A stretch of DNA of 64,000 nucleotides, from the NCBI GenBank assembly GCA_965248265.1, contig CBDFJF010000001.1:704001-768000 (forward strand). The letters run 5' to 3'. The notes below the pieces were generated by a model. It worked only from the letters and a program-made list of their open reading frames with translations. It did not search any database and was not told the DNA's origin. How positions within the stretch are numbered: the stretch's first letter is position 1; every line of letters begins with the position of its first letter. Shown here piece by piece: positions 29,552 through 40,324 of the stretch. The DNA comes from Candidatus Latescibacterota bacterium. Its GTDB lineage: Bacteria; Latescibacterota; UBA2968; UBA8231. The position numbers were made by a program, and so were the translations under genes.

Positions 29552-31459
29552 ATGACCGATACGACATATGGTACTGTCATTTATAAGAATATCATGGTAC
29601 CCATGCGGGATGGTGTGCGGCTTGCCACTGATATCTACAGGCCATCACATGATGGAGAGGTCGTGTCGGACCCGCTACCCGTGATTTTGTGCCGGACGCC
29701 TTACGTTAAAGATAGCACACGGTATGTGGAGATCGCCGACTATTTCGTGCCATACGGGTATGTTGTCGTCCTTCAGGACTTAAGAGGGCGCGGGTATTCG
29801 GAAGGCACTGGACAATACCATCATGTCGTCAACGAAGCCGACGGTCCGGATGGTTATGATACGGTCGAATGGATTGCCGCTCAGCCCTGGTCTGACGGTA
29901 AGATCGGTACGGTAGGCAGTTCATTCGCGGCGGTGGTGCAAGTCCGTCTGGCGTTGGAACGGCCACCGCACCTGACGGCAATCTGGCCGGATGTTACGCC
30001 AACAAACAGCTATCATCATCAGGCCAGAGAAGGTGGTGCCATGGGACTGCATATGTTCTGGGCGTTGTTTCTGCATGCCCAGGATGCACAGGAGATAAGA
30101 GACGATCCGGCGGCACAGCAGGTGATCTGGGATGGTCTGCGGGATCTTCGTGCCTGGTTGCGAAATACACCATTCGAATCGGGCAAGACGCCGTTGGCCG
30201 TCGTCCCCAATCTGGAAAACATCCTGATGGACTACTATACCCGCGGTTGTTACGACGGCTTCTGGGCGCAAGTGGCCAACGACTTTGAACGGTACTTCCA
30301 CCGGCATGCAGACATACCCGGTACATTCTCAGGTGGCTGGTTCGATCCGTTTGCGCCTGCCATGACCGGTTATTTCGTGGCCATGCATGCGCAAAACGAA
30401 ACACCGCAGCGACTGATCATGGGACCATGGACGCACACAGGCATGCGCGGTGATGCCACGTATCAGAGCGATGTGGAATTCGGCCCGGATAGCGTCTGGG
30501 GCGCGCAGTACTACTTCCACGAACAACAACGATATTTCGACCGATGGCTAAAAGGACAACCCACGGGCGTAGACGATGAGCCGCCGGTACGTATCTTCGT
30601 GATGGGCGGCGGCAGCGGCTGTAAAACCACAGCAGGGAAACTGGATCACGGCGGCAAGTGGCGTGCAGAACATGAATGGCCTCTGGCACGCACACAAAAT
30701 ACCACACTTTACTTTCATGGTAATGGAGATTTGAACGCGACCATACCCGTTGAAGATGCCCCATCGCTCGAATATACATACGACTCGAAACACCCTGTGC
30801 CGACCATCGGCGGCAGCTTGGCCGGTATGATGGAACTAACAGCCGAAGATGCCGGCCCGGACCCCTTGTGGCGGCGCTATCTACACCCGCTGACCCGATT
30901 GCGGGAAATCGTGACCAGTGGTCCTGCACATCAATGCGAAGCGCCCGAGGTCTATGGCGCTCAGCCCCCCTACCCGCTTCTTGCGGACCGTGACGATGTG
31001 CTGGTCTTCCAGACACAACCACTGCCTGAAGCGGTTGAAACAACCGGTGTGTGTATCGTTGAACTCTGGATATCGTCCTCAGCGCCGGATACCGATTTTA
31101 CCGCCAAACTGATTGACGTACATCCCTCCAATGAAGACTATCCGGACGGCTACCACATGAACCTGGTGGACTCTATCATCCGCACCCGGTATCGAGACAG
31201 TTGGGAACATGAGGTCTTCATGGAACAGGCGCAGATCTACAAAGTTCGGATTCAGCTACCACCAACCAGCAACTTGTTCGAATCCGGTCACCGTATTCGA
31301 GTAGACATCTCAAGCAGTAACTTTCCGCGATTTGATTTAAACCCCAACACTGGTGAGCCGATGGGCCGCCATACCGGCATGGTCAAAGCAAATAATACGG
31401 TGTATGCGGATAAGCACCGACCGTCTCATATAATTCTGCCGATCATTCCGAGAGATTGA
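29552..31459 (+). CDS. CocE/NonD family hydrolase
   Basis: MRDGVRLATDIYRP, DGYDTVEW, GSSF, GPWTH, SSNFPRFD. Confidence 0.92.
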   Translation: MTDTTYGTVIYKNIMVPMRDGVRLATDIYRPSHDGEVVSDPLPVILCRTPYVKDSTRYVEIADYFVPYGYVVVLQDLRGRGYSEGTGQYHHVVNEADGPDGYDTVEWIAAQPWSDGKIGTVGSSFAAVVQVRLALERPPHLTAIWPDVTPTNSYHHQAREGGAMGLHMFWALFLHAQDAQEIRDDPAAQQVIWDGLRDLRAWLRNTPFESGKTPLAVVPNLENILMDYYTRGCYDGFWAQVANDFERYFHRHADIPGTFSGGWFDPFAPAMTGYFVAMHAQNETPQRLIMGPWTHTGMRGDATYQSDVEFGPDSVWGAQYYFHEQQRYFDRWLKGQPTGVDDEPPVRIFVMGGGSGCKTTAGKLDHGGKWRAEHEWPLARTQNTTLYFHGNGDLNATIPVEDAPSLEYTYDSKHPVPTIGGSLAGMMELTAEDAGPDPLWRRYLHPLTRLREIVTSGPAHQCEAPEVYGAQPPYPLLADRDDVLVFQTQPLPEAVETTGVCIVELWISSSAPDTDFTAKLIDVHPSNEDYPDGYHMNLVDSIIRTRYRDSWEHEVFMEQAQIYKVRIQLPPTSNLFESGHRIRVDISSSNFPRFDLNPNTGEPMGRHTGMVKANNTVYADKHRPSHIILPIIPRD

Positions 31460-31465
31460 CTCTCA

Positions 31466-32512
31466 GTGCGCGTCGTCGATCTTCGATCGGACTTAGTTGC
31501 CCGACCAACTCAGGCCATGGTTGATGCGATGCTGCGTGCCGCTAAGCAGCCTTGCGGCTTCGGGCTACGCGAAGACACGATCGTTTCTGACCTCGAAAAT
31601 CGCGCGGCAGAAGTCATCGGTAAGGAGGACGCCCTTTTTGTGCCGACTTGCACGATGGCCAACCAAATTGCCCTCCATATTCATTGTAGACCAGGTGAGT
31701 TGTTCGTAACGGAAGCCAACGCTCACGTGGTGACGTCGGAGTCGGCTGCCACCGCCGCGCTGACCGGCGCCATGCCGAAGATGATCCCAGCCCAGGGCGG
31801 CACGCTTGACCTAGACGCGTTGCGTGATTCCCTCCGACACAGCGATGCACAGCGCCCGCGCCCCGCCGCAGTCGTCCAGGAAAACACGCACGTGCGTTCC
31901 GGAGGCCGTGTCGTGCCCTCGGCACACATGACGGCTGTTTACGACGTGGCCAGCAGTCAGGAGGTACCGGTTCACCTTGACGGCGCGCGGATCTTCAATG
32001 CGGCCGTCGCCTTGGGAATCTCGGCGCGTGACATCGCCAAGACGTGCGATACCCTTTCCTTCAATCTCAACAAGGGACTTGGTGCGCCAGTCGGCGCGAT
32101 CCTTGCCGGAACCCGTGGGGTCATCGCCGAGGCAGTGCGCATCAGGCAAATGTTCGGCGGCGGCTGGCGACCGGCCGGCATTGTGGCCGCGGCAGGAATC
32201 GTTGCGCTCGATACGATGATCGAACGACTGCACATAGATCACACCCATGCGCAACAACTGGCAGATGGTCTGTCTTCCTTTTCCGGCCTTAGAATTGACA
32301 AGTCCCAAGTGAAGTCGAACATCGTGCTCGTACATCCAGACACAATGGATCCCGAAACCCTTGCCGCCGCGCTCGCACATGAGGGCGTGCTGGTTTTGCC
32401 ATTCCGCGATGACGTGCGTCTCGTGACCCATCACGAAATCACTGAGAGCGCCGTTGAGATCACACTGAGGGCGTTTCACTCAGTTCTCAGTGGAGCACCC
32501 TATGGCCCATAG
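31466..32512 (+). CDS. Low-specificity threonine aldolase family PLP enzyme
   Basis: DLRSD, TMANQ, HLDGARIFNA, NKGLGAPVG. Confidence 0.88.
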   Translation: MRVVDLRSDLVARPTQAMVDAMLRAAKQPCGFGLREDTIVSDLENRAAEVIGKEDALFVPTCTMANQIALHIHCRPGELFVTEANAHVVTSESAATAALTGAMPKMIPAQGGTLDLDALRDSLRHSDAQRPRPAAVVQENTHVRSGGRVVPSAHMTAVYDVASSQEVPVHLDGARIFNAAVALGISARDIAKTCDTLSFNLNKGLGAPVGAILAGTRGVIAEAVRIRQMFGGGWRPAGIVAAAGIVALDTMIERLHIDHTHAQQLADGLSSFSGLRIDKSQVKSNIVLVHPDTMDPETLAAALAHEGVLVLPFRDDVRLVTHHEITESAVEITLRAFHSVLSGAPYGP

Positions 32513-34592
32513 GCTTGGCGTCGATATTGGCGGCACCTTTACCGATTTCGCCCTGGTCGATAACGACTCCGGCGAACTCTCAACACACAAGCAACTGACG
32601 ACACCTTCCGATCCGTCGCTCAGCGTTCTGACCGGGATCGAAGCACTACTCAGCCGAACCGGCGTCGATATCACCGACGTCACGGTCCTCTCACATGGCA
32701 CAACCCTCGTCACGAACGCCATCATCGAACGCCGCGGCGCGGTGACCGGCATGTTGGTCACTAAGGGCTTTCGCGATGTCCTGGATATCGCCATGGAGCG
32801 TCGCTATGATTTGTTCGACCTGCGACTGGGCTTCGCAGAGCCCGTCGTCCCGCGGGATCTGCGCGCCGAGCTTTCCGAACGCGTCCTGTTTGACGGGCAG
32901 GTTGAGTCACCCCTGAACGAGAAAGAGGTCGAGGCGGCCGTCGAACACCTGGTTTCAGCGCATGGGATAGAGGCTCTGGCCATCTGTTTCTTACACGCCT
33001 ATGTCAACCCGGATCACGAAAAGCAGGCCCGAGATACTGTCGCGAAGGCATTCCCCGACCTGCGTGTCAGCACCTCTTCCGACGTACTGCCCTTCATGCG
33101 GGAATACGAACGCTGGTCCACCACCACGGTCAATGCCTATGTGCGCCCGCTGACGGATCGTTATCTCGAACACCTGGAGACCGGATTGTCTTCTATGGGC
33201 TTTGATGGTCGTGTTCTGGTGATGACATCGTCTGGCGGCATGGTCACGCCGGCAATCGCACGGCGTTATCCGGTGCGGCTCATCGAGTCGGGGCCAGCAG
33301 CCGGCGCCCTGATGTCCGCCAATCTGGGACAGCGAATTGGCGAACCCGATCTACTGTCATTTGACATGGGTGGGACGACGGCAAAGGGCGCCCTCATCCG
33401 CGATGGCCGCCCCCTGCGCCGCTACGAGTTCGAGGTGGCGCGAGAGCACGACTTCAAGCAAGGCAGCGGTCTCCCACTCCGCATCCCAGTGATCGACATG
33501 ATTGAGATTGGTGCCGGTGGCGGGTCGATCGCCAATGTCGACGAACGCAATCTTCTGGCCGTTGGACCGAAAAGCGCCGGCGCGGAGCCGGGTCCAGCCT
33601 GTTATAGTCAAGGCGGCGAGAATGCAACGTTGACCGATGCCAACCTAACCCTGGGCTATCTGGTTCCAGAGGCATTTCTTGGTGGGAGTATGGTCCTGGA
33701 CAGCGAAGCCGCACGTCGTGCAATTGACCGGAATGTCACCACACCACTTCGGGTCGACACGCTCCGAGCTGCCTGGGGGGTCCACGAGGTCATCAACGAG
33801 GACATCGCGCGCGCATTCCGCACCCATGCTGCGGAAATCGGCTTCGACTACCGCCGCTGCACAATGATCGCGTTTGGCGGATCCGGTCCGGCACACGCCA
33901 TTCGTGTTGCCCGAAAGCTGCGCATCCCCAAGGTGGTTTTCCCCGTCGGTGCCGGCGTGTTGTCGGCCATCGGACTCTTGATGACTCCGATCTCCTACGC
34001 AACCCTTCGCTCCTGGCGGGTCAATCTCAAGAGTTTGGATGCAGATGGTCTCGAGGCCGGTTTCAATCTGGTCGAGCGCGAAACACGTCGCCTCCTCGCA
34101 GAGGCCGGCGTTGCCGACGAGCAGATTCAAATCGACAGGCGGCTTGACATGCGGTACTGCGGCCAGGGCCACGAGGTGGAGGTGCCGCTTCCGTCGGACA
34201 TTGACCGCAATGGCATCGCCGATCTCTTCCGCGAAACCTACGCCAAGATCTTTGCCGCCACGCCAATCGATACCGGAATTGAGATCGTCAATTGGAAGGT
34301 GGAAGCGAGCGGACCTAGACCGGAGTTCGCAGATCGCTATCGTCCATTCAGCGGTGCTATGACTTCACAAGAACAGATTGGGGATGTGGGTATCTTCTGC
34401 GACGACGCAACGGGACTTGCCAATTGTCCTGTCTATGATCGTTACGCCCTGGCTCAAGGCCAGCGGATAACGGGTCCTGCCGTCGTCCAGGAGAATGAGG
34501 CAACAACCGTGTTGGGCGTTGGCGACACGATCGAAGTTGATGAAATGGGCAATCTGATTGCGACATTGGCGCCGAGTGGAGAGAAGCCATGA
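32502..34592 (+). CDS. Hydantoinase/oxoprolinase subunit A
   Basis: DIGGTFTD, HGTT, ESGPAAG, DMGGTT. Confidence 0.92.
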   Translation: MAHRLGVDIGGTFTDFALVDNDSGELSTHKQLTTPSDPSLSVLTGIEALLSRTGVDITDVTVLSHGTTLVTNAIIERRGAVTGMLVTKGFRDVLDIAMERRYDLFDLRLGFAEPVVPRDLRAELSERVLFDGQVESPLNEKEVEAAVEHLVSAHGIEALAICFLHAYVNPDHEKQARDTVAKAFPDLRVSTSSDVLPFMREYERWSTTTVNAYVRPLTDRYLEHLETGLSSMGFDGRVLVMTSSGGMVTPAIARRYPVRLIESGPAAGALMSANLGQRIGEPDLLSFDMGGTTAKGALIRDGRPLRRYEFEVAREHDFKQGSGLPLRIPVIDMIEIGAGGGSIANVDERNLLAVGPKSAGAEPGPACYSQGGENATLTDANLTLGYLVPEAFLGGSMVLDSEAARRAIDRNVTTPLRVDTLRAAWGVHEVINEDIARAFRTHAAEIGFDYRRCTMIAFGGSGPAHAIRVARKLRIPKVVFPVGAGVLSAIGLLMTPISYATLRSWRVNLKSLDADGLEAGFNLVERETRRLLAEAGVADEQIQIDRRLDMRYCGQGHEVEVPLPSDIDRNGIADLFRETYAKIFAATPIDTGIEIVNWKVEASGPRPEFADRYRPFSGAMTSQEQIGDVGIFCDDATGLANCPVYDRYALAQGQRITGPAVVQENEATTVLGVGDTIEVDEMGNLIATLAPSGEKP

Positions 34593-36145
34593 CCCAGTAC
34601 GATCCCGTCAGTCTCAAGATCCTATGGGACCGCCTGGTCTCGATTGCAGACGAACTCGTCCTGTCGCTCGTCCGCACATCGTTCTCCATGAATGTTCGAG
34701 AGGGCTACGACCTGTCATGCATGATCTTCGACGCCAGGGCACGCCTCGTGGCGCAGGGCAGCTACTCGGTGCCATCCTTCACGGGAACGGCACCGCAGAC
34801 CATCGCTCACATGCTGCGTGCGTTCCCGTCAAACACGTTGAAGCCTGGCGATGTCATCGCCACCAACGATCCGTGGATGGGCACCGGTCACCTGTTCGAC
34901 ATCAATGTTATGCGCCCGCTGTTTCGTGGCGATCGACTGGCAGCGTTTACCATGAGTGTCACGCATCTGCCGGATGTTGGCGGCAAAGGCATGGCGTCTG
35001 ACTGCACGGAAGTGTACCACGAGGGCCTGCGCCTTCCCGTATGCAAACTGAGCGACGGTGGACAGTTGAATGAACTCCTCCTCGATATCGTTCGCGCCAA
35101 CGTCCGCGTTCCGGAACAAACGATTGGCGATCTGATGGCGAACGTCGCTTGCAACGAAGTCGGCGGGCGGGCCTTGCTGGAGTTCATGGACGAGTACGGT
35201 CTCGATGAGCTCGAAACACTCTCCGACGCCATCAACGATCACGCCGAGGCCGCAATGCGCGAACGCATCGCGGAGATTCCCGACGGCTCATATGCCAACT
35301 CCATTGCAATTGAGGGACCGGGCCGGCCGGTTCAACTTGCCGCCAATGTCAGAGTGGACGGCAGTCAGGTCGCCATAGATTTCACCGGCACTGAAGGCCC
35401 TGTGCGAGCCTCGATCAACGTGCCGTTCTGTTACACTCGCGCCCAGGTCAACTACGTGATCAAGTGCCTGACGATCCCCAACCTGCCGAACAATGCCGGC
35501 GCGGCCCGTCCGATCGATATCTCGGCACCCGATCACTGCATCCTCAACGCGCAACCGCCGTGGGCGACCGGTGGTCGACATTCGGTCGGTCACTTCGTTG
35601 TCCCGCTCTTGATGGGCGCAATGGCGCCGGCCCTGCCGGACCGTGTCCAAGCCGACGCAGCAATGATGAGTGTCTTCAGCGTCCAGGGACGACACCGTGA
35701 CGGCGAGGACGTCTCCTCGCTCTTCTTTCTCGCCGGCGGGCTCGGCGCCATGCTCGGGAAGGATGGCCGCGCCGTCACACCGGCGCCATCCAACATGACT
35801 GTGGTCCCTACGGAGGTCTGGGAAAACCGCACGTCCATTACCATCGAAAGGCGTGAGATCCTACCCGACACAGGCGGCGACGGGAAGTGGCGCGGCGGCG
35901 ACGGCCAGGAAGTGTTCTTTCGTAATGACACCGGCCATCTTCTCGAGATTGCCCTGATGGGTCAGCGAACCGAATTTGCAGCCAAAGGGCTACAAGGTGG
36001 CGGCGACGGGGCACTTCGGCGGTACGAAGTCAATGGCCAACCGGTCGACCCCAAATCGCGTGTCGAGCTGTCGCCCGGTGATCGGATTTCGATGCGCGAG
36101 GCCGGCGGCGGCGGCTTTGGCCCAGCCGCGGAACACATGTGTTGA
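34589..36145 (+). CDS. Hydantoinase B/oxoprolinase
   Basis: NDPW..TGHLFD, HLPDVGG, GGGGFG. Confidence 0.92.
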   Translation: MTQYDPVSLKILWDRLVSIADELVLSLVRTSFSMNVREGYDLSCMIFDARARLVAQGSYSVPSFTGTAPQTIAHMLRAFPSNTLKPGDVIATNDPWMGTGHLFDINVMRPLFRGDRLAAFTMSVTHLPDVGGKGMASDCTEVYHEGLRLPVCKLSDGGQLNELLLDIVRANVRVPEQTIGDLMANVACNEVGGRALLEFMDEYGLDELETLSDAINDHAEAAMRERIAEIPDGSYANSIAIEGPGRPVQLAANVRVDGSQVAIDFTGTEGPVRASINVPFCYTRAQVNYVIKCLTIPNLPNNAGAARPIDISAPDHCILNAQPPWATGGRHSVGHFVVPLLMGAMAPALPDRVQADAAMMSVFSVQGRHRDGEDVSSLFFLAGGLGAMLGKDGRAVTPAPSNMTVVPTEVWENRTSITIERREILPDTGGDGKWRGGDGQEVFFRNDTGHLLEIALMGQRTEFAAKGLQGGGDGALRRYEVNGQPVDPKSRVELSPGDRISMREAGGGGFGPAAEHMC

Positions 36146-36245
36146 CGTCTCAGGCGGTAGCCATGGCCTTCCGTGGCCCCTATGATGGCCAAGTTCGCCG
36201 GTCGCTGAGCCCGACCGCTGACCGTCTTGAAAACGCGTTTGCTCG

Positions 36246-36330
36246 TATAGGACGTACAAGGGCCCTTTTTTCCTGACGGAGGTATGTGGCAGGTCGGGCT
36301 TGAAAACGACAGTGGGTAGGATTGGTTACA
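36246..36330 (+). repeat. Divergent copy of the oriIS-like repeat
   Basis: TATAGGACGTACAAGGGCCCTTTTTT...GTGGGTAGGATTGGTTACA. Confidence 0.65.
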
Positions 36331-36480
36331 CTGCATTGCGTAATCGGCCGGTCTGTTGCTGATTTCGTTTCAAGGCCCTTCTCGTCGCGAGTGTGGTGTT
36401 CGGCGTACGGTTCGACCGAGGATCTCCTGCTCTCAGCTGCGGTCTCGGCAGGTGCAGTCGTCCGATAATGCCTCTTGGTC

Positions 36481-36603
36481 TTGCAGGTGACGGGCGTGGA
36501 TCCAAGCGTGTGCCCTGCGTGCGGCCAAGGACGTATGCACACTGTGCAGATTCTCAGCCCATCGGAACAGCGCGCACCACCTGAATGGCGTCAATCGGCA
36601 TGA
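36481..36603 (+). mobile_element. IS91-family transposase C-terminal remnant
   Basis: VTGVDPSVCPACGQGRM...RAPP. Confidence 0.65.
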
Positions 36604-36674
36604 GCACGCAGAATTCAATGGAACATCTCCACGCGACGGACAGACCTTGATCAGGGTTCCCGCCTGATGGCGGG

Positions 36675-36963
36675 GGGCCTACCGGAATTCTTGAAAGCGG
36701 CCAGTTTCATTCACCTCCATTTGCCATCCAAGTTCTTCATAGATGTGCACACCGACTCGGAGGGTGATGTGCGTTCGAACAAGGAGCTGTCGCTGAAACG
36801 GGCAAGAGCCATTGAGATGATTCTGGAAGAAGACTACGAATTCATCACGCCAAGCATGGTCGAGGCACGCGGTTACGGCGCGGAGCGTCCGATCGCCAGC
36901 AACGACACGCCCGAGAACAGGGCTCTCAACCGCCGTATCGAAGTCGTCGTGGAATGGAAATGA
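36675..36963 (+). pseudogene. OmpA/MotB-type peptidoglycan-binding domain fragment
   Basis: HTDSEG..N..LS.KRA, GYGAERPIASN..NRRIE. Confidence 0.7.
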
Positions 36964-37030
36964 TAACGGCGTGGGTGATCGACGCTTAGGTATTCCCGCG
37001 CCATCTGGCGCCATTGGATAACCTCTAGCG

Positions 37031-37059
37031 CGGTAATCACCTCTACAGAGTGATGCTCG
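37031..37059 (+). repeat. 29-bp site #11
   Basis: cgg taatcacc-TCTACAG-agtgatgc tcg. Confidence 0.75.
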
Positions 37060-37159
37060 TGCATGAGTCTGTCATGAGGAATTCTGCTGCTCGCTCTCGG
37101 CTGTTTCACCCGAGCCGATGCAGAAATCCTTCGAGGAGGCCGCAACTGAGGAGCAGAAA

Positions 37160-38986
37160 ATGCAACGTCCGTTTGTCTCTGTAGTCACCGTCCCCTTGTT
37201 CCTGTTCGCGACCGCGCCGGCGTTCGCCGATGACGATGAGCCCCGCATCGCGATCGCAGAGGTGAATCCCTGGACTCATCTCGATCTGGCCAACGACCCC
37301 GATGCTTTTCAGTTCGCCATCGTCACCGACCGCACAGGCGGCGAGCGCCCCGGCGTCTTCACAGATGCCATACGCAAACTGAACCTGCTGCAGCCGGAAT
37401 TTGTCATGAGCGTCGGCGACTTGATCGAGGGCAGCGCAGACCGCGACATCGTCGATGCGGAATGGGATGAGTTCGTCCGCTTCGTCGAAGCGCTGGAGAT
37501 GCCTTTCTTCTACGTGCCGGGTAATCACGACATCGGCAACCAGGTGATGGCCGACGTCTGGCGGGAACGGTTCGGTCGCACTTACTACTCATTCGTGTAT
37601 CGGGACGTACTGTTCGTGTGCCTCGACACGGAGTGGCCAATACCTACTCGTGTCACCACAGCTCAAATCGCCTGGCTGAAAGACGAGCTTGCTGCGCACA
37701 AAGACGTGCGCTGGACGTTGGTGTTTATGCACAAGCCTTTGTGGGCGTACGTCGACTTTGAAACGGATAAGCTTCGCGACACCGGCTGGAGGCAGGTCGA
37801 ACAGGCGTTACACGGCCGCAAGCACACGGTGTTCGCCGGGCACTGGCACTCTTATACGAAGTACATCCGCAACGACAGTCGTTATTTCATTCTCGCCACG
37901 ACCGGTGGCGGTAGCTCGCTTCGCGGCCCGATGTACGGCCAGTTCGATCACGTAGTCTGGGTGACGATGACCGACTCCGGGCCACGGATCGCCAATCTCC
38001 TCCTCGACGGCATCTGGGACGAGGATATTCGAACCGAGTCCGTCGCTCGCAAGCTCGAACAGCTGATCCACGACCGTGTCGTCAGAGTCGGCACGATCAT
38101 GCACGACACCCAGCGGTTTGAGGAGGGCAAGACCGAGATTCGGCTCACCAACGATGCCGACGTGCCCCTTGAGATTGTCGGCCGCTTCGACGAGACGGAC
38201 CTGCTTGCTGCCTCGCCCGACTCGTTCGGAGTTGTGATCCCCCCCAATTCGGCCGAGCTGATTGCAGTCGAGGTGTCTGCCGATGAGATGCTGAACGTCG
38301 ACGACCTGCCACTGATGACGCTGCGGTGGCGGGGCCGCTACACGGAGACGGAAGGGAAGTTTCCCACAGGCGAAGGCAGCTCGTCTCTGGTTGTCTCTCG
38401 CATCTACGATCTGCCTCGCCGGTCGCAGGCAGCTGTCGTGGACGGCGACCTGTCCGATTGGGCTGAGCTGCCGTTCGACATAAGAGTCCCAGCCGAGATC
38501 GACATTGCTGCCAAATCCTGGATGGGCCCCGAAGACTGTTCGTGGCGATTCGCCGTCGATGTTACAGATGATCGCAAGATCTACCAGCGTGCTGTCGCCT
38601 GGAGCCAGGACGGCATCGAAGTGCGTCTCGACGGCCGTCCAGACCCGATGCGTTCGCGCAATCGCGATCGCGGCGAGGAGCGAATCATTATCGCCATCGG
38701 CCCTGACGAAAAGCTCGAGAGCATGTCGCTCTACCGTCCGAGCGACCTGGATTCGCTTGGCGTCGAGGCGATCGGCATTCCCAGTGCAAAAGGCCACGTG
38801 TACGAAATGTCGATTCCGATCAGCTATGTCGAGGAGCGGCAGGGCAAAGACTGGAAGCGCATTCGCATCAGCATCGCTGTCGACGACTACGATGACCCGG
38901 CGGGACCGCTCGCACAGCTGTGGTGGCTGCCTGCCTGGCGCAATCGTACCAACTTCCAGGGCTCTGGTACGTTCGAGCGGGAGTAG
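37160..38986 (+). CDS. Secreted calcineurin-like metallophosphoesterase with CBM9-like C-terminus
   Basis: VGDLIEG, PGNHD, AGHWH; VDGDLSDW. Confidence 0.85.
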   Translation: MQRPFVSVVTVPLFLFATAPAFADDDEPRIAIAEVNPWTHLDLANDPDAFQFAIVTDRTGGERPGVFTDAIRKLNLLQPEFVMSVGDLIEGSADRDIVDAEWDEFVRFVEALEMPFFYVPGNHDIGNQVMADVWRERFGRTYYSFVYRDVLFVCLDTEWPIPTRVTTAQIAWLKDELAAHKDVRWTLVFMHKPLWAYVDFETDKLRDTGWRQVEQALHGRKHTVFAGHWHSYTKYIRNDSRYFILATTGGGSSLRGPMYGQFDHVVWVTMTDSGPRIANLLLDGIWDEDIRTESVARKLEQLIHDRVVRVGTIMHDTQRFEEGKTEIRLTNDADVPLEIVGRFDETDLLAASPDSFGVVIPPNSAELIAVEVSADEMLNVDDLPLMTLRWRGRYTETEGKFPTGEGSSSLVVSRIYDLPRRSQAAVVDGDLSDWAELPFDIRVPAEIDIAAKSWMGPEDCSWRFAVDVTDDRKIYQRAVAWSQDGIEVRLDGRPDPMRSRNRDRGEERIIIAIGPDEKLESMSLYRPSDLDSLGVEAIGIPSAKGHVYEMSIPISYVEERQGKDWKRIRISIAVDDYDDPAGPLAQLWWLPAWRNRTNFQGSGTFERE

Positions 38987-39112
38987 CACGCTACGTCGCC
39001 GGCCGGCCCTGACGCAGGCCGGCTGCGCATCTTCGACGCAGACCAGCTTGCTTCGCCTCTAGGCGCGTTGGTCTGACGGCAACACCAACCTCGTGCTTTC
39101 AACGAGCGTTGA

Positions 39113-39141
39113 TGACCGTCAGTTCCTAAATGTGATGGACG
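39113..39141 (+). repeat. 29-bp site #12
   Basis: tga ccgtcagt-TCCTAAA-tgtgatgg acg. Confidence 0.85.
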
Positions 39142-39153
39142 GTAACCACTGCC

Positions 39154-39852
39154 ATGAGTGCGCCTGAGAATACAGCGATGGTGATCCCAAGGCATGTAGG
39201 ACTGATTATGGACGGTAACCGTCGCTGGGCGACCGACCATGGATTGACCCCGATGGACGGTCACCGGGCCGGCCTGGAGAATCTGCGTACGATTCTGCAG
39301 GTGTGCTTTGAGTCTGGAGTCGAGATCGTGTCGGCGTACGGACTTTCGATCGAGAACAAGCTTCGTAGGCGCATGGGAGAGGTCCGATTCCTGATGAATT
39401 TGCTCGTGAGCAAGGGGACCGAGTTGATCGATGAATTGGATGCTCAAGGCGTCAGGTTCATACATACGGGAAGCCGCGAGGGATTGCCTACTGGCGTAGC
39501 CGACGTACTGGATAATGGCACCCGACGAACGCAGCGAAACGGTCCCAAGGTGATGAATCTGGTGTTCAACTACGGTGGAAGACAGGAATTGGTTGACGCC
39601 GTTCGGAGGATCGTCTCGGAGAGGCCAAATCCCCAGTACATCTCAGAGGGATTGATCCAGAACCACCTGGTCTCTGGCGATTTGCCGGATGTGGATCTAC
39701 TCATACGGAGCGGCGGAGAGAGTAGACTCAGTAACTTCCTGCCATGGCAGTGCGGGCGCTCTCAGATTCACGTCTTACAGGCCTACTGGCCGGACGTAGA
39801 TGGCAGCGAGATAAGGCACGCCATCGGCACCTACTCTCAGTCGCGCTTATAG
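39154..39852 (+). CDS. uppS: cis-prenyltransferase (UppS family paralog)
   Basis: PRHVGLIMDGNRRWA, NYGGR, IRSGGESRLSNFLPWQ. Confidence 0.85.
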   Translation: MSAPENTAMVIPRHVGLIMDGNRRWATDHGLTPMDGHRAGLENLRTILQVCFESGVEIVSAYGLSIENKLRRRMGEVRFLMNLLVSKGTELIDELDAQGVRFIHTGSREGLPTGVADVLDNGTRRTQRNGPKVMNLVFNYGGRQELVDAVRRIVSERPNPQYISEGLIQNHLVSGDLPDVDLLIRSGGESRLSNFLPWQCGRSQIHVLQAYWPDVDGSEIRHAIGTYSQSRL

Positions 39853-39933
39853 CCAAGCGCTGGAAAGCCAGTTTCAGGGAGCAGAGCCTGCAGTCCGATG
39901 AACGGGCTGCTTTGCCCGCATGTGAGCTGAGGG

Positions 39934-40320
39934 GTGACAGAGCCGAAGGATCTATCTCAAAACGACCTCGACCACTTCGAGACACACGGCTACGTTATGT
40001 TTCGTGGTGCGTTTGACCCGGATGACTGTCGCCAGATGGAGGACATGGTCTGGCGCTGGTTCGAACGACATGGCATCATGCGGACCGATCGCTCAACCTG
40101 GGCTCGGAACAGGCCAGGCGGGCTGAGCCGCTACGTCAGATCGACCCGCGTATTCCGTAATGCAGTGGCGGAGTCCTATGTTGCGGCAATCAATCAGTTG
40201 TTGGGAAAGGACAGTTGGCAGAAGCCCAAGGACTGGGGCAGTCTTGTATTTTCCTTTCCCGAAGGACCCGATGGAGCGTGGGATGTCTCGTTCCGAAATT
40301 GGCACTGGCACAATTCAGGT
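39934..40320 (+). pseudogene. PhyH-like dioxygenase N-terminal fragment
   Basis: LSQNDLDHFETHGYV...WHWH, then similarity stops. Confidence 0.6.
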
Positions 40321-40324
40321 CTCC

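Noticed and set aside
36645-36673. Further weak 29-bp-like matches (also near 13446, 29017, 39887, 46707, 52960, 57408)
   Set aside because: They lack the outer YG/CR bases or one arm, and cannot be separated from chance without a PWM. Some could be reverse-oriented, so the polarity claim needs an unbiased scan.
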